64,000 bases of DNA from Epithemia pelagica (Eukaryota > Protista > Bacillariophyta): positions 1,798,001 through 1,862,000 of the forward strand of contig OX337235.1 in the NCBI GenBank assembly GCA_946965045.2, given 5' to 3'. The notes below the pieces were generated by a model. That model was not told the origin of the DNA. It did not search any database and saw only the letters and a program-made list of their open reading frames with translations. Both the position numbers and the translations under genes were made by a program. Below are positions 10,701 through 20,500 of the stretch, piece by piece. Position 1 is the first letter of the stretch; each line of letters starts with the position of its first letter.

Positions 10701-11264
10701 ATGAAATCAAACATGTTGACTTCATTCGCCGATGAGGTCTTTTCTCTCTCTTCGCTTCAAGTTCTTGATCTGAGCGATAACATGATTGGTCACTTCATTC
10801 CATTTGTTGGTGAACAATTCTCTGCGAGAGTAATTCGTCTGAACAACAACAACATCGACGGTCGTATCCCAGGCTTTGGACGACTTTCTTCTTCTCTCGA
10901 AGAGTTGGATTTGTCCCATAATCAAATACAGGGACGCATTCCGCTTTCTCTAAGCTATTGTGAAAATCTACGAATTCTCAAATTGAACTCGAATAACCTT
11001 TGGGGAAAGATCCCGAAGGAATTGAGATATTTGAGGAACTTGGATCTTCTGAGAATTGACAGCAATGGATTTTATGGGAAGGTTCCCAAGGATGTCTGCC
11101 GACGTCTTTCTGGAATCCAGTTCCTAGCCGATTGTGTGGGTGAGAGACCGGTGGAATGTGATTGTTGCTCATGTTGTAGTGAAGGGGAGGAATGTTGTAG
11201 TGAAGGGGAATGTTCTACGCCATTGACTCGAAAGCTCTCTAGAGGAAGGCTACGACGAGGCTGA
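7746..11264 (+). CDS. Type II single-pass membrane protein with extracellular leucine-rich repeats
   Basis: About 600 aa disordered N-terminus, TM segment IIRVSAIFLLAACIAVLIVMLTNLF, P/S/T-rich stalk, SPQYEALDWL cap, many plant-type LxxLxLxxNxLxGxIP repeats, Cys-rich end (CDCCSCC). First ATG at 7746. Confidence 0.88.
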   Translation: MEGWGRIDDASRSKKPSSLFASWQRLWNQQAPSTPTKNGKEDSSHDSVLSETSALNSATEELEDTSSASQVHSPEGSVQRQPPSTTAQLSPLVKRKPDDDNMLSPVSTPVSTPDSTPQKQSSQYLSYRESLLDRINRMTPPAKPTVTSLLSASHTMDFMDSSTDGSVDLSAPRTPQSGTSEATATIPRSTSPSLSMLKDSALPSYPTPPLQAMTVNPLYPSHVDSSCEEQEDLEEGENKKQAQDEAESMALSSVSKLEPFASPPPNFSKSLLDPPSPHLARKPPTPSLFYRPNSSETSKILGIAPVDDEGHSLEVSDSDVYSTDGTYQDETEGEQENTDSVTAANPLTSRTRLPLTQQMSIVAVAGRNDSTDNGTVDTGNRSLTAKLRRFFRGVQRYEAFDNHEDNDDMIENNYSVSFSSTEVDDNVTLSTNASSALLGTSALARHMHEQAAKTGTPSHDDTMTNASYPLADSEHISPSLVFFDQSTVTGGSDSEVEDDEEEEETTVSADERGLQLNISTLDVPMIKPDTSTQQPSCSMSSSGFLQISSFRETNTSKDALRADGAAGIMKAERRIPRSPTKDSVSTLKKRTRKRGMTRCIIRVSAIFLLAACIAVLIVMLTNLFDDDSDDQSDIVADQLGPKSIDSPSSPPSPRPFSSPATPTVFLPASGPSASPESTPTAKFSLPTTEKPSTIPSESPSFFPSELPSEAPSHVPSEAPSTNPSATPSTILSSRAGRIDTITSLLETQGIEWEGQIVASNDGSPQYEALDWLVSDPNFETYSEEIVVQMYALAVLSFAMEGGDTRRLRSLRFDPASPCNEPSTVQGEVVCEPTGTGVLTVLDWSGKSLARSIPKEIGLLGKLKTIRLSNNSLTGGIPASMGSLEDLEELNLAGNSLEDLPESVANCTNLREMDLSYNSFNMELPTFLSEIQTLRVLRLNDNQFRGPITDDFYNLRDLNVLDLTHNGITGAIGSGIANCTNLVELHMKSNMLTSFADEVFSLSSLQVLDLSDNMIGHFIPFVGEQFSARVIRLNNNNIDGRIPGFGRLSSSLEELDLSHNQIQGRIPLSLSYCENLRILKLNSNNLWGKIPKELRYLRNLDLLRIDSNGFYGKVPKDVCRRLSGIQFLADCVGERPVECDCCSCCSEGEECCSEGECSTPLTRKLSRGRLRRG

Positions 11265-11531
11265 GTGGAAAAGCTGCCACAATCTAAGGCTACATACATT
11301 GCACGTATCACATGGTGAAATCTTGTTCTGCATTTTTGGAAATTATACCTCTTCTGTGGATGCCATTCCTTTAAGAATCGCAGGTTACCGTAAGTCTCCA
11401 AACTGCTTCAAACAGTTCAAATGAAGAATGGAAGATTCTGTTTTAATAATATAAACTATGGTTGAGATATTCTTAAGAAACATCTTCATTTCATTGCATA
11501 AAACGTTTCATTCATCGATTCACTCAAGATA

Positions 11532-14500
11532 CTAGATTCTATCGTCATCAGTTTGACGCCGCTGAGCATCCCGCAAACCATGAATAATACTGTCGAGCTG
11601 CCGCAAACGGACATCATCTTCGTCAGTTTCTGAACCACTTGTCTCACCCCCCGCATTATAATCCGTGTCTGTCTCGCTTGAAGAAGCAATCGGCGATAAC
11701 AATCTATTGCCTGAAGATCGTGTAGATCCTGGAACAATACCTGCTGCAATGGCTGCAACTTCGCTTCTCACAGCTCTGCGCTGGTGCTGAAGTCTATTTT
11801 TGAAAGTTGAGATTTCAGCAGTAAGGCGTTCTTGAGTTCCGCGAATCGCCACTGATGTTTGAAGCGCATGATCGAGCTGCCTTCTTAAATCCCGAGCTTT
11901 TTCAGAAGGCGTTGACTTTTCGGACGACGAACCATGAGAGCCGGAGTTTTTCAGACCAGGGGCTGTTGCATTTTCTCTCGATTTTCTGATCGAATTGCTT
12001 CTTTGCGGCAGTTGCGGCTTACTTGAACGAGAAGATATTTCATCATCCAAAAGAGCTGCTGAGGAGATTACAGGCTGATACCCGTTTGACTCCACGGCCT
12101 TCTGTTCCTGAGCACGCTCAAGTCGAGTAGAGTCAGAAAGAACCATCCCTTTGACAATGTTGTTGTATCGAGAGAACAGAGCATCCGCGTCTACAGGACC
12201 AGCATCATTTTTGCCTTGCGATGATGACGAAGGATCATTTCGTACGTCTTGCCGGTTTTCCCTCCGTTGTCGGATCCTTTCCATGACCGACTCAATTTTC
12301 GGAGATCGCTCAAACGTATTGATTCTGTCTTGGTTTTCCATCGATGACCCAGTGATTGGCTCTACCGAGGAGACAGATGAAGGTGAATGAAGAGCAGATT
12401 TTAGACTATCTCTCGAATCATGCATCATCCTCAATTGTTCAACTTTTGAATAACTATTCGCAGGATCCTGTGATATGGGATCTGCCCCAGCGTGGGACTC
12501 CGTTCCTTCCGACCGCGTCAACGCCAGTAACAATGCTGCCGAATCATCGTCATACACGGCCGTTCTAGCTGTTGAATGTTGTGATGAAGACAAATTCATC
12601 AATTGCCCCAAGTTAGGATCGACGCCTGCCCCGCTGTCATAGTCGCTGATGACAAGTGAACCACTGCCATCTCCAAAGCTAGATTTATTTCGAAATGGCC
12701 GAGTAGCAGCTGTGTGAAGGTCCCCATGGTCAATATCGGCGTTTGATCGGGGACTGCCGACTTCCGACGCCCGAGCGTCCAGAGTTTCGTCTCCTTCAGT
12801 TGCTTGTTCATTAAGTAGTTCTTTTCTTGGAAAACCAGTCTCGCTTTGTTTAAGTGGTTCATCGGGTGACGTTCGCGCATGATGTTCTGTAGAAGGACGA
12901 TGCTGCCTTGGACTTGTGCGGAAACATATTTGTTCAATACTGTCCTCGATCACTTCCATTACGCTACTTTGACCTGTCTGGAGCGGTAAGGAAATCTCAT
13001 TTTTTGTGTCCGAAGAGTCCTGTTTCTTTGGTGTTCCATCGATGGAGTCATCTGACGCAAGCATCGAGTTGACGTCTCCTTGGCGTCCATTGGTCTTGAC
13101 GTTAGGATCTTCATCTTCCGCATGCTCGACTCTTACTTCAACTCCTTCATCTGTCTCTTCAATCCATGAACTTTGATTAACATCGTCTTCGCCATTTGAT
13201 GGGTATGCGTCTCTTTGGTCCTCGCCGTGCTCATCACTTTGCTGGCTAGCTGCATCCACCGCTGAAGATCGCTTGAGACTTCCACTGATAAGCTCGACAA
13301 GCATTTCTTCCACGTCATCATCATCGGAGCTCTCGCTCAACGCTTCTTTCACGGCGAACTTGACGGCCTCGCTATCATTCATTTCATGAGACAACAATGA
13401 TGCAACCGAACGAGTTTGTCGAAGAAGATCTTCTGCATTTTTATCGCCAACAAGGCTTGCTTCTCCATGTGAAGGCGGATCCTCCCGCTTTCCCGTACCC
13501 TGAAGCAGTTCCTGTCCAGTAGGGGGATCGCCTCGTCTCCTATTTGTCTCGATCGTGCTTGCAAGAGATCTTATATGGTCCATTCGTGACGGTTCTCCAT
13601 TGGAAAGGTACCTCTGAAGAGCAGCTGTAAATGCTGGATGGTTTAAAATGTCTTGGACATTCCGGTCAGTTTGACTCAGGACTTCATCCGGCTTTTCGTA
13701 ATTCGTGGCTTCTCCCCGAGTTTTCGTATCGTCGATAGTAGTTTTACTTTTATGGAGGCCAGAGACACCATTGGACGACGTTGAAAAATCATCACTCGTC
13801 GTTGGAGCAGTAGATTTACTGCATGCCTTTTTGAGGGGAGCATATTTGACTAAAATTGAATTCCCTCGATCCTGTTGTACCGAAGTTGCATCTACTTCTT
13901 GATTTTGGCCGCCCATATCTTTCCCTTGAGTGACATTTCCTGACCTGTCTTGCATAGTATCGCTGTTGGGAGATTGAGAACAAATGTTTTCATTGGTCAC
14001 GCAACCTTTGGATTCAAGTGCCTCTGTACGATTTTGTCTATCTGTGCGCGCTTTTGACTCATTCGTTTGTTTGTCGGTACTGTTATGTTTGACACCCTTG
14101 AATGACGCACCAGATATAGACTCCTTTGTGTCTAGAAGCGACAGCGAGCGCACACGCTGTCGTTCGTCATCATCACTGCTTAACTCAGTGTGCTTTCTCG
14201 GTGTATTATGGAAACTCACGGGGGAAGTAATCACTTGCCCATCCGCTATAACATTTGAAATTGGAGCTCGCTCGAGTCCATATGGACGATGCGGTGATTT
14301 AACGTTGTCCAATGGGCAAACGTGGGATTCGACGACTTCTCCGAAAACTTCAATCGCATCTTTCTGATCTTTCGGAGCAATATCCAAGGCCTCCGTTTTA
14401 CGGCTGGACACATTTGGTTCCTCACCACATACGGTCTTCTCCGCCTCCTCGCATACACAATCAAGTACATCTTTCGAAACAATCGATTGTTCATTATGCT

Positions 14501-17500
14501 CTTCATTTTCGTTCGAGTTTTGACTTGCTGCATCCGTCAACATCGACAGTGGTTGTTTCGAAAATTGGGAAACCTCAAGATCCTTTGGGAGAAGATGATG
14601 CTTTGTGACCGGCATTGGTATGCGCGGACTCATTAACTGAGATGAGGTCGCCCCTCTCCCACAGACTAAAGCTTCCGCTCCTTCAAAGAATATATCTAGC
14701 AGGTCCTTTTTCGAAACAGACTTACTTGTCAGCTGCGCACGTACCTCCTCCTGCTCCCTTGTGTCCGTCTCTGATGTCGGTTCGTGAAGTGAACCAACAT
14801 GAAGCTGACTAATTGCCGGCACCTGCGGTGCTGCTTGATCCATGTCAGGATTCGTACTTCGAAAGATTTTTTCTTTTTCTGTGGCTGTGACACCTGGATG
14901 TGGCGGTTGATTCTCACTGTTGTCGTGGAAACGCAATTCCTGATTCGGCAAAATCTCCAGTTTTTTCGGATGAATGTCTTGATCAGTATATTGAAGACTA
15001 TGGACCGTCTCGAGCATCATCTTAGCTGACGACTTCGGAACCAAACCGAGAACGGAGTCAACTTCAACAGAATCTTCCCGCTTTGGTGATGCATCAATAC
15101 TGTTTGCTCCCTCATGGAGTTGATTGCGCGTTGATTTCGGTAAGAGGTTTATGGATTCTCGCGGACTGCTGAATCCTGATAAAGCCTCATCGTTGTCATC
15201 ACTGAGGCGCTTATCGTCCGAAAAATCGGTTTTAGAATGGAATGTTGAATTATGTTCATCTTGGGGAGCATTGGTTCCTTCACCTGTAGCATCCGTCTTT
15301 TGAGGGGATTCATCCTTACTTTCAGAATCATTAGAGCGTGTGGAACCTGGTGCATCAGGAATAGCAGTCTCATGTTTGTTGTTTGACGATGATGGTCGAA
15401 GATCGAGATCGACGCTCGCGGAAGGAGAACGCTCTTCGAATTTAACGTTGCTTTCGACTTGAGAAACCGGTGAAACGTAAGCGGATGGCCTTGTGGACGG
15501 AATTAAGTTCTCATCTTCCTCGATGTTGGAGGAATCCTTGGTAGAACTACCTGTAATCGTTGAAGAGTTGCCATCAGACTGCTGGTGCATTGCACACTCC
15601 ACCGGGTCTTCGCCCATAGAAGCATTTGGTCCGAGACCTGAAAGAAGCTTTTTCTGGAGGAGAGGGAAATCTTGATCCATAGTCATATCGCGATGGAAGT
15701 AAACAGTATGGTGCAGATATTCTGGACTGGGTTTGATGCGTGGGGGTTTGTTCCAGGGATGAGAACGAGAAGCGCGAGGAGTTGGTTTCTCTGGGAACGG
15801 AGCAGATTGGTTGTTCTCGCGTTTGGTTCTTTCCTTGAGAACATTGTTTGCCGATGATTCTGCACCCCCATCGTGGGTCCCCGCAGCCACAGCCTCTTTG
15901 GATTCTTCACTATCAGCGGATTTGGTTTCAGAGTCACCTTCGTCCAAGCTTCTTTCAGTCGTACCCACAGGCCTGCTCAATGGACTAGTTTGTTTGGCCC
16001 CTTTTGGATGGTCACCGGAAACAGATGTTCTTGGAGAAAACGTGGAAGAGTCCGTGTCAAATCGGATTCCAGTATCTGGTAGACTTTTGGAGATTGATTT
16101 TCTTGACGATAGTGGCAGGGTTTCAATGGTTTGGTTAGCTCTAAGATCTGACGTGGCAGTATGGTCAGCGGTGCTAATTCTTGGTGTCAACCGAGCTGCA
16201 TCAACATCTTGGGCCACCTTTCCTCTGTTCTCTGAGACGCCTCGTTCAAGAGTGCTCATTGGAGACGGTTTTCTTGGTGGAAGCTTGAATGGTTCATGAT
16301 CTCCTTGTCCTCGTGGATCGAAATTTGCTGATGACTTGTTTTGCGGAAGTTTGAAACCATCTAGCCCAGACGGTGATTGTCTCTGTTCGGCTAACCCACG
16401 TGCAGATGCAACAGGTAAAGGCGAAGAAGCACCAGGCGTTGACAACTGCATTTTCATTGTTTCATTTGGAGTATTGCTTTCTTCGTTCGGTTTCACGACT
16501 CCAACAACGGTCGAGTCGACAGGGCCGACATCTTGACCTTGAACAACAACGACCACAGGAGCAGCGGATGTATTTGGGGCGCTATAACGAGCTTCTAGAG
16601 CACTCTTTTCATACTGCTGGGTATCACTCGTTGTCATCTGTTGGCGAGCAGCTTGGAGCGACGGCAGGAGAGGACTCATACCGCTATCCGAACTCTCAGA
16701 TCGAACCAGCTTGGAAGCGTACGCAAGCACATCTTTGACTGTTGTTGAAGCCTTCTGAAGTACATCTTCCCCTTGGTCCTCTTCATGATATCGCTCATTA
16801 TTCTGAGTAAGCCGGGCAACGGCGAGATCCATGACACTATCGAGATCGTTCGATTTAGGTTGCCATAGATCTTGGTCGACGCTATTTCTAGGGCTAACAT
16901 CAAAAAGCCACACTGCTTCATCGACAATTCCGAGGTCTTCAAAACTCCCTATCGCTGTGAGATCAATAAGTTCATGCTCTTCGCCCTCGCATAGGTTGAC
17001 TTCATTGTTTGCATTTGTGTTACCAGCTCGAGCCTTCAAATCAGCTTTTGATGACGGCGTCAAAAGCAGTGTTGCTTCTCCATGTTCTGTTAGCACCTTT
17101 ACTTGGGATGCACCTTCCTTGCCCGAACCGGGGATTGTGGAATTGCCACCGTCACTACTGTCTTTAGAGACAACCAACTTTGAGAGGTTGGGTTTTCCCA
17201 GATTTGAATGAGCCTTAGGGCTAAGGGTACCGTCCTTTTCACCATGAATACGAGAATTATCGTTCTTCTCAAAATTTTCTTCGTCGTGGCCATAGTTGCA
17301 CTCGTCAATTTCCTCATATGGATTTCGGCCCGACGGATCTTGGTGCAGTAACCCTGCGTATTTATCCACAGGCGATGCAAGTTCACCAGATTTTATATCT
17401 GTCCACTGGGACGAAGTCTGAACATTCCCAAGATATCTTTCGGCTTCGTCGAAGCCAGAACGAGAATCCTGACCGTCAAAGGAAGTGAGTTCAATTACTT

Positions 17501-20500
17501 CTTTGGGCTCGTTAATCTCTTCCCTTTCTGAACCACTACCGACGGATGGGTCTAAACTTCTGATCACCGTCAACCTCAGTTTCTCATGCATCTTCTTTGG
17601 ACTTGCTCCGTGGTCCCTGCTTGGCTTGGAACCGGATGATTTCATACCCTTCATGGTTGCAGAATCAACCTCAAACTCTTGGGAGCCTATTATTGGTTCG
17701 CCAAATGAATCGTTTTCGTTCAAAGCAACAGCCTGTGTTTTCATAGGTGTGACCGAATCTTTTCTACTTGAAGGGGATAAAACTGATAACGATGGCGAAA
17801 CCAGTCCCTCTTCGCCTGTACTAGTGTCTTGTCCCTTCATTTCCGGTTGAGTTAGGTTTTTGACAGATCGAGAGGTGGCCTTCGTCGGAGTTGTGCCGCT
17901 ATGAGCCCTTGCTGGTACCTGTGATTGATACCTATCGTCTGCGACAGGGTGGTCAAGGGTTCCTTGTACGGGTTTTGATGCTTCCTCTTGCAACTTGTGT
18001 CCATCGTCGATTGTATGCGTTTTCGTAATTAACGCTTTCTGATCAGTCGGCTGTGTTACGGAGCTTGCAACGGGAAGAGACTTGTTTGTTTGAGTCTGAG
18101 TTGGTTCATCACTGATCGCCAGAGCGTGAAGCAGCGCACCAGTTCCGCAGAAGGCAGCTGCCTTCGGAGGCTGTCCCAGGGATTCTTCGGTCTTACTCTT
18201 CTTACTCTTAATATCCCAATCAACAGACTTTGGTCTTTCCTTAAACACCATTTCGATTCCCTCTACTCCAACTTCTGGATCTGACGTCGTCCACTCGGTA
18301 ATATCATCAGCCAAGATACGTTCTTCATGGACATCTTTCGTTGCAGCATCTGAATCACCAACGGCTTTTGATGAGTCATCCGTGTTACCCCTCGACTCTG
18401 GCTCTTGATCCTTCCACGTCTCATAGCGATCGGCTGGTTTGTTTGGTTCCTTTTCTTCGATAAGATCTGGACGAAGCTCCGCATTTGGAGTTCCGTTGAG
18501 AGGAGCATACCGATCTCCAATGTTGATGGATGGGTTTTCGGACTCAAAGGAAATCGCTTGGAGACTTGGAACTTCTAACGCTGACACTGCTTCTGAGCCT
18601 TCAGCATCTACCGTGTTCAAAGGGAAGTGTCTTACTGATTGATCAAGGTCTGACACAATCTCGTGTTGCGAAAGGGAAATTTCTTCAGGAAGAGAAACTT
18701 TTTCTTGTTTCGTTGCGGCCATAAGCGCTTCGCGAGCAATTACCTTAGCTTCTTCATGAGAAATCTCTTTTGTTTTGGCATGTTTCTTGGCCATTGCAGA
18801 CGCCTTTTTGCTGACGGCTGCACGAATGTTTGTCTCGGACGTCCTTGGAGGAAGGGTCTTGCGTCGCTTTTCCTGAGCCTTTTTGCCCACTCGAATGAGG
18901 CGTGACGGCGAAGAAGGTGGGAGTTTGGAGACCCGTTGTCCATCCACGTTCAAAGAATCAGCGGGATCATTCGTCAAATTATTGTCATTGCTGGACTTTG
19001 ACGGAGAGGACCCACTTTTCTTCTCTGATTTCTTAAGGGGGCTTGATTTGACAGGGGCTTTTGTTTTCGCTTTGGAAGAAGCAGTATGCCTCAGAATCCG
19101 ATCACGCATTGAACCATCTCCGGCTGCAACCAGTTCTTGGTGACGTCTGGACCTGGACCTGGACCTGGATCTAGAAGTGGTCTGCTGGCCGTTGGTAGCT
19201 CGCAAGTTTCTTGGATTGAAGCTTCCCAGTGATTCCACTTCATTGACCATGGGACTGTCATCACTTTCTGTTGCGGCACTACTCATTTCGCCATCATCAT
19301 GTCTGATTCCTTCTTCGTCGTGGTCGTTCGCGTCTGCGTCCCAGGGTTCCTTTCTAGTGTCGGCCTCTTTCTTTGGTGAGTTGTTGGGAGAAAGATATTC
19401 CGCAATGTCCAAGTCTGCCACCTTGTCTAGCTGTGCCTGGATTTGCCGCGTTATATTGCCGACAATGTCAGTGAAGGATTTGACAGGTTCTCCCGTCCCA
19501 CCCTTTTCCTTGTCGTTTTGCTTCTCGTCTCCATCTCCCGCATCTCCAAGGGAAATTTCATCTTGTCCTACGGTGCGAGCACCTGGTTTGTGCCGAAGCT
19601 CAAAAGTGAAATTGTCTGGGAAGTTGTCAGCATCCAGAGATTTCACTGCAGGAACACTGGGGGCCATTGCCCTAGAAGTCTGTCGGAGCGCTTCATCCAT
19701 GCTTTTACCCTGCTTGAGAACGTTTTGCAAATCGTCTTCTGGTGTTTGTTTAGGGATATCACCCGCTTCTCCCCCTGGCGGAGGAGCGGGGGCCTGATGG
19801 TGGGCCGGGGATGGAATTTCTTCGGGCGCATCGATCGAACTTCGAGGTACATGAAGAGGAGAAGATGGGGGATCGCTTCGTTTCAACGCACGACCTGGGG
19901 ACGCAGGAGGCGATGGAGGAGGGCCATCCATAGTGTTGTCCTTTTGTGGATCTTGTCGCCCGTCTTCACCAGGCTTGGGAGATTGCGATCGAGGCGTCGA
20001 TGGTCGGTTGGCAACAGATCTCCGCGATGATGTACTTTCGGTGGAAGGGGATTCCGAAATGATCCTTTCTACGTGCGGGACCTTCTCGGTCAGTTTCTGT
20101 TCCATCGCAGATGCCTTGGACGCTGTGGAAGCGGAGCCAACCGATGGATCCAACATTGCCTTTTTCACCGACTGGTTCTCATCCTGCGCCGAGGACGCTT
20201 CGTCGGACCCTGGTGCTTGTTCTTGAGTGGGATCGGGGAGGATCTCAAGGGCAAAGGGAAAGGCTGAAGGCTCTCGTCCCGTATTGGCATGCCGGGGTGT
20301 GTTTTGTTGTGACTGTGGAGCTTGTTCCGGGGGCTCGTTCATGGATCGTTGCTGTGGTCCTCGAATGACAGTGGCATCCGGCTCAAAGCCCTGACGCGAT
20401 GGGGCCACACGACTGAGCGCCGCCTTGACCTTGTCGAATGGAATCTTTTTGCTGCCCTTCTTTTTACCAGAAGAGTTGACCACCGTGCTTGTCTTGTCTG

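Noticed and set aside
11171-11209. 21-nt in-frame duplication (CCSEGEE/CCSEGEC) at the LRR protein C-terminus
   Set aside because: A simple local slippage event.
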